Source: Polyangiaceae bacterium | GTDB lineage: Bacteria > Myxococcota_A > Polyangia > Polyangiales > Polyangiaceae | Direction: 5' to 3' | DNA length: 64,000 bases | NCBI GenBank assembly: GCA_044222475.1 | Contig: JBGANF010000027.1 | Location: 10,784-74,783, forward strand | Shown: piece after piece, positions 49,212-59,985 of the stretch | Numbering within the stretch: the first letter of the stretch is position 1 | Layout: the number at the start of each line of letters is the position of its first letter | Notes under the pieces: generated by a model | Told to the model about the DNA's origin: nothing | What the model saw: only the letters and a program-made list of their open reading frames with translations | Databases searched by the model: none | Translations under genes and position numbers: made by a program

Positions 49212-51088
49212 TTCCGATCGGTGCGGACGGGCTCTACCACCCCGCGAACGAGGCCGAGCTCGTGGACCTCGTGAAGGCGGCGCGGGCGGGCGGAAAACAG
49301 CTGCGCGTTCTCGGGTCGACCCACTCGGTGTGGCGGGCGATCGTGACCGATCACTTCGACGGGCCGGACACGCCGCAGAACGAGATCGCCGTCGTGCTCG
49401 ATCGCATGACCAAGATCTCCGACCCGATCGACGATCCCGCGAACCCCGGCATGAAGCTCGTGACGGTGGAGGCGGGTTGCCACCTCGGAGCGTCGCCCCA
49501 CCGCATGACCGAGGGGCGCATCGACCCGGCGGGCATCGACGACTTCGAGATCGACGACACCGCGCCGTCGCCGTGGCACGAGGGCACCTGGGAGAAGAGC
49601 CTCAACTCCACGCTTCACCACGAGTGGAAGCTCGCGTTCTCCGATCTCGGGGGGATCTCCCACCAGACGGTCGCGGGGTTCATCTCGACCGGGTCGGCCG
49701 GCGGGACGACGAAGTGGTCCGTGCACTCCGCGATCGCCAAGCTGCGCGTGATCGACGGCGACGGCAACGTGACCGAGCTCGGGCCGGCCGGCCCCGACGT
49801 GGACTGGTTCCGCGCTGCCGGGATCGGGATGGGTCTCTGCGGAGTCATCTCTGCGGTCACCTTCCGCGTCGAGCCCCGGTACGACATCGTCGGCTCCGAG
49901 ACGATCAGCGCCGCCGGCCTGAGCGACGTCCTCGATTTCTACGACGACCGGCCGCACTCCGGGCTGCCGACGCTGGAGCAGTTCCTGCTGCAGACGGACT
50001 ACTCGCGGCTCATGTGGTGGCCCCAGCGCGACTTCGATCGCCTCGTCGTGTGGCAGGCCGCTCGCGCGCCGTACGCGGACGATCGAAAGATTGTACCTTA
50101 CAAGGAAATCGCGATGTTTCCGGTGCTGTCGCAGGTGGCGGCGTCGGTCATCTACACCGTGCTCGGCAACATCGACAATCCATCGCGTGCGATCGCGGCG
50201 CTCGCGCCGGTGAGGGCGCACCCTGCGGTGATGGCCGCCGGCAAGGGCTTCGGCACCGAGCTGCGCGCCGCCCTGCGTCCCCCGCCCGACCCCGATTTCT
50301 CGTACGAGGGACAGCACTTGCTGCCGTGGCTCTCGGCGCTCTTCGAGAAGCTGCGCGGCGAGCGACACGATCCGATCACGCTCGCCGCCGGCTGGGTCCC
50401 CATCATCGAGTTCCTCGTGACCGGGAGCGACGAGCTCATCGCGGTCGCGCTGAAGCTCCCGATCATCAAGCCGCTGTTCTCGCTCCTCGGGTCGGCGGTG
50501 CCGGAGGCGATCGGCGCGATCCTCGGCCTCTTCGTGACGACCGGCGTGGCGGGCGCGCCGAAGACGCAGCACTTTCAGGATCGCTGGTTCCTCGGGCTCC
50601 CGATGGACAACCAGATGGACGATCTCTTGATGCCCACCTGGTTCACCGAGCTGTGGATCCCGTTCTCACCGGGTGACGGAACGGTGCGCAAGGTGATCTC
50701 GGCGATGCGCAAGGTGTTCGACGCGGACGGCACGGCGGCGGGCTGCTACCGGGCGACCGGGCCGTTCTCGTTCGAGCTGTACGCGGCCAAGGCCGACCCG
50801 ACGTTCTTCCTCAGCCCTGCGACCGGCGCGAAGAACGTGTTCCGCGTCGACGTGTTCTGGTTCGGGCGGAACGCGGGGAACCCGGTGACGGATTTCTATC
50901 CCCAGTTCTGGGACGCGCTCGAGCCGTTCGACTATCGACTCCACTGGGGGAAGTTCTTGCCGCCGCCGAACCCGGCGAAGCTCGGCGCGAGGTACCCCGA
51001 CTTCGCGAAGTGGAAGGCGGTGCGGAGCCGCGTCGATCCCGGCAACGTCTTCGTGACGAAGTACTGGAAAGACCACCTCGGGATCTGA
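49208..51088 (+). CDS. FAD-linked oxidase, aldonolactone oxidase family
   Basis: RVLGSTHS, VEAG, GGISHQTVAGFISTGS, GMGLCGVIS, RLHWGK, DPGNVF. ATGA overlap with the NTF2 gene. Confidence 0.87.
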   Translation: MIPIGADGLYHPANEAELVDLVKAARAGGKQLRVLGSTHSVWRAIVTDHFDGPDTPQNEIAVVLDRMTKISDPIDDPANPGMKLVTVEAGCHLGASPHRMTEGRIDPAGIDDFEIDDTAPSPWHEGTWEKSLNSTLHHEWKLAFSDLGGISHQTVAGFISTGSAGGTTKWSVHSAIAKLRVIDGDGNVTELGPAGPDVDWFRAAGIGMGLCGVISAVTFRVEPRYDIVGSETISAAGLSDVLDFYDDRPHSGLPTLEQFLLQTDYSRLMWWPQRDFDRLVVWQAARAPYADDRKIVPYKEIAMFPVLSQVAASVIYTVLGNIDNPSRAIAALAPVRAHPAVMAAGKGFGTELRAALRPPPDPDFSYEGQHLLPWLSALFEKLRGERHDPITLAAGWVPIIEFLVTGSDELIAVALKLPIIKPLFSLLGSAVPEAIGAILGLFVTTGVAGAPKTQHFQDRWFLGLPMDNQMDDLLMPTWFTELWIPFSPGDGTVRKVISAMRKVFDADGTAAGCYRATGPFSFELYAAKADPTFFLSPATGAKNVFRVDVFWFGRNAGNPVTDFYPQFWDALEPFDYRLHWGKFLPPPNPAKLGARYPDFAKWKAVRSRVDPGNVFVTKYWKDHLGI

Positions 51089-51089
51089 G

Positions 51090-51572
51090 TCAGCCGGCGA
51101 ACGCGCGGATTCGATCGGCAGCGGCGGCGAGCTTGCGACCGGTGCGCTCGGGCTCGGACGGGTTCATCAGGGCGCCGAGCCAGATGGAGGCGGTTCCGAC
51201 GTCGGAGAAGACGCGCGCCGGGGCGCTCGATCGCGCGATGAGGCGGATGCCGGCGACCACGCTGCGGGCGACCGATGCGCCGAAGCCTTTGCCCTCGATG
51301 ACCTCGCAGATCCCGCAGTAGTAGGGCTGGAACTCCTTCGTGATTGCGGTCGAGAGGTCGCGCGCGTCCTGCGGCATCGTGAGCGAGATCTTCTCGCCGA
51401 CGATCGTCATCACCGCGAACTTCGGATAGGCCTTCTTCAGCTCGATGTGGGCGGGCTTGGCGCGCTGGATGCGGTCGAGCGTGACGGCCGTGCGGAACGA
51501 CCAGACGAGGCAGTTTTCCACCGTGCCGATGGAGAAATCAGGCTCTTCGAAGATGAGTCGGAAGTCCGCCAT
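51090..51572 (-). CDS. Hypothetical protein (STAS/SEC14-like)
   Basis: 160 aa; VIEGKGFGASVARSVV..ARVFSDV..A..WL pattern. Confidence 0.7.
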   Translation of the reverse strand: MADFRLIFEEPDFSIGTVENCLVWSFRTAVTLDRIQRAKPAHIELKKAYPKFAVMTIVGEKISLTMPQDARDLSTAITKEFQPYYCGICEVIEGKGFGASVARSVVAGIRLIARSSAPARVFSDVGTASIWLGALMNPSEPERTGRKLAAAADRIRAFAG

Positions 51573-51665
51573 GCGTCGGAGGATGATGCACGAATCCGAA
51601 TGGATGAATCAATGGGCCCGGGCGGGGCGTGATGTCCCAATCCATCGGTCGGATGGGCGATACGC

Positions 51666-52256
51666 CTACCGAAACGGCGCGTCGCGCGGGGGCACCCAAC
51701 GCGCCGCTTCGACGGCGGCATCGAGGGCGGCAGCCACCCACTCGGTCTGGACCTCGACGTCGGGGAAGTGGAGCTCGACCTTGCCGTGCTCGTAGACGAA
51801 CGACGTGAGCTTCCGCACCGCGAGCGGCGCGATGAACGCGCGAAGCGACGGGCCGAGGAGCGCGGGCGCGAGGGACTCCGGCTCGGCGCGGACGAGGAAC
51901 GCCTCGTCGAACGCTTCGTCGCCGACCGACACGTCCTGGGTGAAGGCGTGCTTCAGGAAGCCGAGGGCGCCGCCCGGGTTGGGGACGAGGAAGACCTTTC
52001 CCGCGACGTCGGTGAGGGGGACGGCGGTGATGCGCGTGTGGCCGAACCCGTTGCGGTCGAGCTCGATCCACGCGCGGCATTTCACGCCGAGCAGCTCGCC
52101 TTCGATCGCCGGAGCGCCTGACGTGCTCGTGAACTCGAGCTTGCGCTCCTTCGCGAGGCGGGCCCACGGCTCGAGCGATCGCGCGATCGCGTCGGCGTCG
52201 TCTTTTCTGCGCTTGGCCGCGGCGGCGGCGGCGGCGATGACTGCTCCGGCTGCCAT
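51666..52256 (-). CDS. Hypothetical protein
   Basis: 196 aa with protein-like composition; QDVSVGDEAFDEAFLVR motif. Confidence 0.7.
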   Translation of the reverse strand: MAAGAVIAAAAAAAKRRKDDADAIARSLEPWARLAKERKLEFTSTSGAPAIEGELLGVKCRAWIELDRNGFGHTRITAVPLTDVAGKVFLVPNPGGALGFLKHAFTQDVSVGDEAFDEAFLVRAEPESLAPALLGPSLRAFIAPLAVRKLTSFVYEHGKVELHFPDVEVQTEWVAAALDAAVEAARWVPPRDAPFR

Positions 52257-52320
52257 GGGTCGACCGTATCAGGGCGCGGGGTGGAGCGCGAGCAACGCCG
52301 AGTCGTGGTAGCTTTGCATC

Positions 52321-52578
52321 ATGAAAAGGGCGCTTCCCGCATCGTTCGTCGCTCTTCTTCTGTTTGCTCTGTTCGCCGCGACCACGAGCAGCGCCGCTCC
52401 GACACCTTCGCCGGCGCCTCCGCGTGGCGGCACGGCGACGTGCGGTGACTGGAAGTGCGACCCGCCCGAAGACTGCAAGACGTGCCCGCAGGACTGCGGC
52501 AAGTGCTGCGGCAACTATAAATGCGAGCCGCCCGAGGACTGCCACTCCTGCCCGCAGGACTGCGGTTCCTGCAAGTGA
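52321..52578 (+). CDS. Small secreted Cys-rich protein with two tandem repeats
   Basis: Signal peptide, then CGDWKCDPPEDCKTCPQDCG and CGNYKCEPPEDCHSCPQDCG. Confidence 0.8.
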   Translation: MKRALPASFVALLLFALFAATTSSAAPTPSPAPPRGGTATCGDWKCDPPEDCKTCPQDCGKCCGNYKCEPPEDCHSCPQDCGSCK

Positions 52579-52596
52579 CGCCGCTCGCGTAGCGCG

Positions 52597-53676
52597 ATGG
52601 CCGTGCCGCGGTGGAAGGATCTCGCGCGGAAGCTCGCGCTGACGAGCGGCGCGACGGTGTTCGCGCTGTCCCTCGCCGAGTGCGCGTTTCGAGCGCACCA
52701 GTCGCGCGAGGCGAAGGGCTACGACGACACGTGGCACGCGCAGATGCGCGCGATGAACGGGACGATCTACCGGCGCTCGGACGACGCGACGCTCGTCTAC
52801 GAGCCGGTGCCGAACGCGTCGGTGCCGATGTCCTACGGCGAGGCCGGCTTCAACGCGCAGTCGATGCGCGACGACCGCGAGCACTCGGTCGCGCCGGTGC
52901 CCGGGCGCACGCGCGTCGCGGTGTTGGGCGACTCGATCGTGTGGGGCGAGGATTTGCCGCTCGACAGCACGCTCCCGAGGGCGCTCGAGCGCGCGCTCGG
53001 CGCGGACCGCTTCGAGGTCCTCGGCTTCGGCGTCACCGGGTACGACACGGTCCAAGAGGCGGAGTGGTACCGCCGAACGGTGCGCGCGTTCCATCCGGCG
53101 ATCGTGATCGTCGTGTACTGCCTCAACGACATCTTCATCGCGAGCGGGCCGTTCAACAAATGGGCGACGCCGGCCGAGCTCCAGGTCAAAGAGGACCAAG
53201 AGGCGCTCGCCAATTCGCTGGCGCCGGTGCGGGAGGAGACGATCGAGGATCTCTCGCAGCACGAAGAGGAGCACGCGACGTTCCACCTCTTCGCGCGAGC
53301 GCGCACCGTGTGGCGCGTGCGTCGTTACGAGCACGACCCCGCGTACACCGACAACTACATCCTCTCGTACGGCCAGAAGGACATCTTCAATCGCACGAGC
53401 CGTGCGCTCACGCAGCTCGCGAACGACGTTCGTGAAGACGGCGCGACGGCGCACCTCGTCATCTCGCCGATCATCCGATCGTGGAGCGGGTACCACTGGC
53501 GCGGGATCCACGAGCAGGTCGCGACCGCGGCGCGCGCGGCGGGGTTCGTCGTGCACGATCCGCTGGATACGCTGCGGGCGTCGTACGGCGAGGGGCAGAT
53601 CCGGGTGGACAGTCTTCACTTCAACGCGGCGGGGACGAAGGCCCTCGCGGAGATCCTCGCGTCGAAGGTGCGCTGA
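52597..53676 (+). CDS. SGNH/GDSL hydrolase family protein
   Basis: N-terminal TM; VLGDSIVWG, GVTGY, CLND, DSLHFN. Confidence 0.88.
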   Translation: MAVPRWKDLARKLALTSGATVFALSLAECAFRAHQSREAKGYDDTWHAQMRAMNGTIYRRSDDATLVYEPVPNASVPMSYGEAGFNAQSMRDDREHSVAPVPGRTRVAVLGDSIVWGEDLPLDSTLPRALERALGADRFEVLGFGVTGYDTVQEAEWYRRTVRAFHPAIVIVVYCLNDIFIASGPFNKWATPAELQVKEDQEALANSLAPVREETIEDLSQHEEEHATFHLFARARTVWRVRRYEHDPAYTDNYILSYGQKDIFNRTSRALTQLANDVREDGATAHLVISPIIRSWSGYHWRGIHEQVATAARAAGFVVHDPLDTLRASYGEGQIRVDSLHFNAAGTKALAEILASKVR

Positions 53677-53678
53677 GC

Positions 53679-54641
<963 letters not shown>

Positions 54642-54715
54642 GCGGCGGAGGGTAGCACCAGCAGCGCGAGACTCGTCACCGGGGTCGGAGCACGAGCCGT
54701 GTTACGATCGCCCGG

Positions 54716-54997
54716 TTGAGATCTCTCGGGCTCGTCGTCGTTTTGATGCTCTCGATGGCCGCGTGCAAGCGGTCGGGTGGCGGTCCCTTGGACACCGAGC
54801 CCTGTGGCATGCGCACCACCGACTGGTGTGCCTCGCCTCCGGGTGACCCGTGCGGGGCCCACCATGACGAAGCGTCGTGCCGGGCCGACAAGAAGTGTCG
54901 GGGCCGATTCTACAGCGGTGAATCCGCGGTTGCGTGCATGGACGACGGTACGGGCTTCCCGTCGAATTGTCCCACTGTGGGATGCCTCTCGCGTTGA
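54716..54997 (+). CDS. Small Cys-rich lipoprotein
   Basis: TTG start; hydrophobic stretch + MAAC lipobox; 8 further Cys. Confidence 0.65.
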   Translation: MRSLGLVVVLMLSMAACKRSGGGPLDTEPCGMRTTDWCASPPGDPCGAHHDEASCRADKKCRGRFYSGESAVACMDDGTGFPSNCPTVGCLSR

Positions 54998-55016
54998 CTC
55001 TCGGAGTGCCTCGGCG

Positions 55017-55583
55017 TCAGCGCTGCCAGAGGACGGCCAGATCGAGCGCGATCGCGTCGAAGGGCCGCGCGCGCACCGAGGCCGCACCGGAGAACACCGC
55101 CTCGACGACGTAGCGCCCCTTGTCGAGATCGAGCGCGAGCACCTCGAGCGTCTGCGCGTCGGGGTCGACGAACCAGACGTGGGTCACCTTCTCGCGCGCG
55201 TAGACGGTGAGCTTGTCGCCGCGATCGAGCGCCGACGTCGAGGGCGACAGGACTTCGCATACCCAATCGGGTGCGAGATCGAAGTAGGCCCTGTCGACCG
55301 GGATCACCGGCATGCGTTCGCGGCGCCAGCCCGCGAGGTCGGGGACGAGCACGTCGTCCGTGAAGTGGAGCTCTGGCTCCGCGAGGATGACCCAACCGCC
55401 CGGGCCCCCTTCGTCGAAATGAAACGGACCGCCGATCTTCACGCCGAGAGCGCTCGCGCTGATCGCATGACGCGGCGCCGGACGCGGAAACGCGTACAGC
55501 ACGCCAGCCACGATCTGACCGGTGACGTGCGGCGGGAGCGCGAGCAAGTCTTCGTAGGTCGCAGCGCGTTTCTCGGAGTCCAT
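55017..55583 (-). CDS. Uma2 (DUF820) family PD-(D/E)xK putative endonuclease
   Basis: ATYEDL, PRPAPRH, EPEL, VPDLAGWRRER, PDWVCEVLSPST..DR..K..Y, WFVDP. Confidence 0.93.
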   Translation of the reverse strand: MDSEKRAATYEDLLALPPHVTGQIVAGVLYAFPRPAPRHAISASALGVKIGGPFHFDEGGPGGWVILAEPELHFTDDVLVPDLAGWRRERMPVIPVDRAYFDLAPDWVCEVLSPSTSALDRGDKLTVYAREKVTHVWFVDPDAQTLEVLALDLDKGRYVVEAVFSGAASVRARPFDAIALDLAVLWQR

Positions 55584-55618
55584 GGCGAGGATTCTAGCAT
55601 GCACGATGTCCTCGTCGA

Positions 55619-56365
55619 TCAGGCGGCGAAGAGGCTCGCTTCGAGCGCCAGGTCGTCGATCGTGATCCGTTCCGTCGCGATCGCTCCGTGTTTGGCCTTG
55701 CCGCTCCACAGAACGTTCTCGGCTTCGTTCGCGTGGACCGCGCGCAGTGCAGGGACTCCACTCCGAGCCAACCACTTCAGCGCCTGCCAGTGGCGGATCC
55801 CACTCGCGATGTGAGCGGGCATGACCGCCAGCGCCGGGTTCGCCGCCCGAAGCTTCTCTCGCAACTTCGGGTTGAATCCCTCGCCGCACGCCAACACTCC
55901 GACCAACGAACGACCGACCACCAGAAGGCGCACCTCCTCACGGGTCCTCTCCGGAACACACGGCGCGTCGCTCGACGTCGTCGAACGCTGACGCCAGTGC
56001 AGCGCCGCCTTCGATGCGGGCGACCACGCCGCGAGCCACTGCGGAACGTCCCCCTTTTCGACCCATGTCGGATCGATGACTCGAAAGTCGGGCTCGCACG
56101 CGTCGACCCCGACGACCACCGCCAGCTCGCTTTCGCGAGCAAGACGCAGGACCGGTGCCGCGGCCGACTGCACGCTCCTCGCCTTCATGTCGCGCGCATG
56201 CAGGTAGCCTGCCGGAAAGACGACGAGGTCGGCGTCCTGCATCGCCGCCCACAGGAACACCGCTCGCGCCCCGGTGACGCGCAGCTCATTCCCCGTCGAC
56301 TCGCGATATCCATGCAGATTGCATACGACGGAACAGACCTTCAACTTGGTGATCGCACGCGCCAT
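55619..56365 (-). CDS. Divergent carbon-nitrogen hydrolase (nitrilase)-fold protein
   Basis: AAGGAG RBS; DADLVVFPAG, AVVVGVD, VGVLACGEGF match the nitrilase motif spacing, but the catalytic Glu and Lys appear replaced. Confidence 0.68.
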   Translation of the reverse strand: MARAITKLKVCSVVCNLHGYRESTGNELRVTGARAVFLWAAMQDADLVVFPAGYLHARDMKARSVQSAAAPVLRLARESELAVVVGVDACEPDFRVIDPTWVEKGDVPQWLAAWSPASKAALHWRQRSTTSSDAPCVPERTREEVRLLVVGRSLVGVLACGEGFNPKLREKLRAANPALAVMPAHIASGIRHWQALKWLARSGVPALRAVHANEAENVLWSGKAKHGAIATERITIDDLALEASLFAA

Positions 56366-56389
56366 GACGTTCTCCTTTTCCAAGGTGAG

Positions 56390-56425
56390 TCGCCGACGCC
56401 GGCGGAACCCCGCCAGCGTCGGCGA
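56390..56425 (-). terminator. 16-bp stem-loop immediately downstream of recA
   Basis: Minus-strand TCGCCGACGCTGGCGG-GGTT-CCGCCGGCGTCGGCGA (one G-U pair); no U-tract. Confidence 0.55.
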
Positions 56426-56433
56426 GGGTGAGC

Positions 56434-57462
<1,029 letters not shown>

Positions 57463-57531
57463 GACTGACTCCGTTTCGATGAGCCCAAAGACACTCCGCG
57501 CGCGAGGGGCCCGTTCTCGCGCGCAAACTCT

Positions 57532-59079
57532 TCACGCGGCGTGCGTCTCGATCGCCGTCGGTAGACCGCGATCGAGGAGGCGCAGGTTGATCGCCTCGGC
57601 CACGTGCTCGGGCTCGACCTTGTCGTCCCCGGCGAGATCGGCGATGGTCCGCGCCACCCGCAGCACTTTGCCGTAGGCGCGCGCCGACAGCCCCATGCGC
57701 GCCACCGAGGTCGTGATCAGCATCTCCGACGTCCCACAAAGGGACACGATGGACTCGACCTCTCGCGCGGACAGGGCCGCGTTCACCGTCGCGCGGGCCT
57801 TCCCGGACTTCGCCCGCCAGGCCTGGCGGTCGCGCGCCGCCTCCACCCGCGCTCTCACGGCTGCGCTCGACTCGCCGCCTCCACGCCGGAGCTCGCCCAC
57901 GTGCACCGCCGGCAGCGCGACGTGCACGTCGAGCCTGTCGACCAGCGGCCCGCTGAGCCGGCTTCGATAGTTCCGCACGCGCTCGCCGGTACAGATGCAT
58001 CGACCCGAGCCATCCCCGTTGAAGCCGCACGGACACGGGTTCATCGCGGCCGCGACCAAGGGACGCGCCGGGAACGTCGCGCGGCCTTGCGCGCGCGACA
58101 CCGTGACGACTCCGTCTTCGAGGGGTTGCCGCAACGACTCGAGCGCAGAGCGCCGGAACTCCGGAAGCTCGTCCAAAAAGAGCACGCCCTGATGGGCCAA
58201 GCTCACCTCCCCCGGGCGCGGGTACTCGCCGCCCCCGACGAGCCCGGCCTCGCTCACGGTGTGATGCGGCGCGCGAAACGGTCGCGTCGTGAGCAGGGTC
58301 GCGCGCGATCCGAGGAGCCCCGCCACCGAGTGGACGGCGGTGATCTCGAGCGCCTCTTCGGGAGACGCGAGCGGCAGGATCGTGGGCAAACGGCGCGCGA
58401 GCATCGTCTTCCCCGCCCCCGGGGGACCGACCATGAGCAGGTTGTGAGCGCCGGCCGCGCAGATCTCGAGCGCGCGGCGCGCGGCGGCTTGACCGCGCAC
58501 GTCGCTCAGGTCTTCGTGGGTGGACTCGCCGCGAGTCGGCGCGGCGGCCTGCGCGCGAGGCAGCGGCTCGCCGCCGCGCAGGTGATGCACGAGATCCACG
58601 AGCGTTTCGGCGGCGTACGCCTCGACGCCGGACGCCAGCGCGGCTTCGGCCTCGTTGAACTTCGACACGACGGCCTTCGTGGCGCCGAGCTTCGCCGCGC
58701 CGACGAGCTTCGGCAGGACGCCGCGCACGCCGTGTACGCCGCCGGCGAGCGAGAGCTCACCGAGGAAGAGCACGCCTTCGAGTCGCGCCGGATCGACCAA
58801 CCCGAGCGCGGCCAGCGCGGCGGCGGCGATCGCGAGGTCGAAGCCGCTGCCGTACTTCTTCACGTCGGCCGGAGCGAGGTTGACGACGATCCGATATTCG
58901 TTGAGGTCTACACCCATCTGCGCGAGCGCAGAGCGCACGCGGACGCGGCTCTCGCGCACGGCGGCCTCGGCGAGGCCGACGAGCTCGAAGCTGGGGATGC
59001 CGCGATGGGCCTGCACCTCGACGCGGATGGGAGTGACCTTGAGACCGATGAGCGAGACGGACATGGCGGTGGCGAGCAT
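57532..59079 (-). CDS. comM: ComM/YifB Mg-chelatase-like AAA+ ATPase
   Basis: VGLAEAAVRESRVRV, NLAPAD, DVRGQ, GPPGAGKT, RPFRAPHH, GEVSLAH.GVLFLDE, AMNPCPCG, LSARAY..RVARTIADL. Confidence 0.96.
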   Translation of the reverse strand: MLATAMSVSLIGLKVTPIRVEVQAHRGIPSFELVGLAEAAVRESRVRVRSALAQMGVDLNEYRIVVNLAPADVKKYGSGFDLAIAAAALAALGLVDPARLEGVLFLGELSLAGGVHGVRGVLPKLVGAAKLGATKAVVSKFNEAEAALASGVEAYAAETLVDLVHHLRGGEPLPRAQAAAPTRGESTHEDLSDVRGQAAARRALEICAAGAHNLLMVGPPGAGKTMLARRLPTILPLASPEEALEITAVHSVAGLLGSRATLLTTRPFRAPHHTVSEAGLVGGGEYPRPGEVSLAHQGVLFLDELPEFRRSALESLRQPLEDGVVTVSRAQGRATFPARPLVAAAMNPCPCGFNGDGSGRCICTGERVRNYRSRLSGPLVDRLDVHVALPAVHVGELRRGGGESSAAVRARVEAARDRQAWRAKSGKARATVNAALSAREVESIVSLCGTSEMLITTSVARMGLSARAYGKVLRVARTIADLAGDDKVEPEHVAEAINLRLLDRGLPTAIETHAA

Positions 59080-59089
59080 GCCCTCGCCA

Positions 59090-59107
59090 TTGCGCGCGCC
59101 GTGCCAA
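59090..59107 (-). promoter_or_regulatory. Putative sigma-54 -24/-12 promoter of comM(-recA)
   Basis: Minus strand TTGGCACGGCGCGCGCAA: perfect -24 box TGGCACG, GG-N10-GC spacing, imperfect -12 box. Confidence 0.55.
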
Positions 59108-59314
59108 CGCCGAACTCCTCATTTTTCCGGCGTTTCCGCGATCGCCGAGGTGGCGCGCTCCACTTCGCGCCAGGCACCGCGCCACTCCCTCGCGCTCGAA
59201 GAACCGACCGATCGACCCGACCGCTCGACGGCTCTCGGTCACGCCGCGTGGCTCACGCCGTACGACGTGGACTCCGGACCTTGCTGGATCGCTGCGAACG
59301 CGTAGTCTGAGGAC

Positions 59315-59974
59315 GTGTGCTCGTTCTTCCTTCGCGCTGCGTGCATAGCCGTTCTGCCGAGCGCAGTTGGTTGTTCCCCTCGCGTCGACGCAGGCACGCA
59401 AGACGCGGCCACTTCGCACGCGCCCATCCCGGGCGGGGCGATCATCGCGCCCTCGACGCTCGTCATCGGAAGCGCCGGCACGTGCGTTCCGTGGAGCCAG
59501 GCGGTCAGCGAGCCGTTCGTGCTCATCCGCCCTCAGTCGGAGCAGATCGATCCGTTTCTCCGGCAGACCGCAGCGAATCTCACCGGGTCGTGGCTCGGTC
59601 GTGCGAGCGCTCCGAAAGGGTGGTGGCCAGATTTCTGGGAGGTCGCGATCGACTTCACTGCGACCACGGCTTACGACGGCACGTACCTGGCGCGGGCCAA
59701 GCCCGACGGGCTGCCCTTCTACTACGGCAGCAACGATGCCGTGTGTGACCCGCTCCGAAAGTGGCGCATCACTGGCGTGTTCGCGGACGGCGCGGCTGGA
59801 GAGATCGACGTTCCGTTCGACAACTCGCCACAGGGGTGCGGCCTGCCTGCCTGGCAAGGAACGCTCAAGGCGATCGCCTTCGATGCGAGTGGCAACCGAG
59901 CTCAAATGCATTTCCAAGCGAACGGTGGCGCCGGCTACGTTGCTTACGATCTATGGCGTGCGTGTCCACCTTGA
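59315..59974 (+). CDS. Hypothetical lipoprotein
   Basis: AVGC lipobox-like, DAG linker, beta-rich body. Confidence 0.65.
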   Translation: MCSFFLRAACIAVLPSAVGCSPRVDAGTQDAATSHAPIPGGAIIAPSTLVIGSAGTCVPWSQAVSEPFVLIRPQSEQIDPFLRQTAANLTGSWLGRASAPKGWWPDFWEVAIDFTATTAYDGTYLARAKPDGLPFYYGSNDAVCDPLRKWRITGVFADGAAGEIDVPFDNSPQGCGLPAWQGTLKAIAFDASGNRAQMHFQANGGAGYVAYDLWRACPP

Positions 59975-59985
59975 CCGAGGACCCC

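Noticed and set aside
55017..55583. Uma2 gene as a restriction/defence system
   Set aside because: No methyltransferase or other defence partner nearby; Uma2 paralogues are commonly scattered in such genomes.
57463..57531. LexA/SOS box upstream of recA (also checked upstream of uvrA, 21087-21131)
   Set aside because: No recognisable LexA-type palindrome; only a GC stem-loop at 57498-57524.
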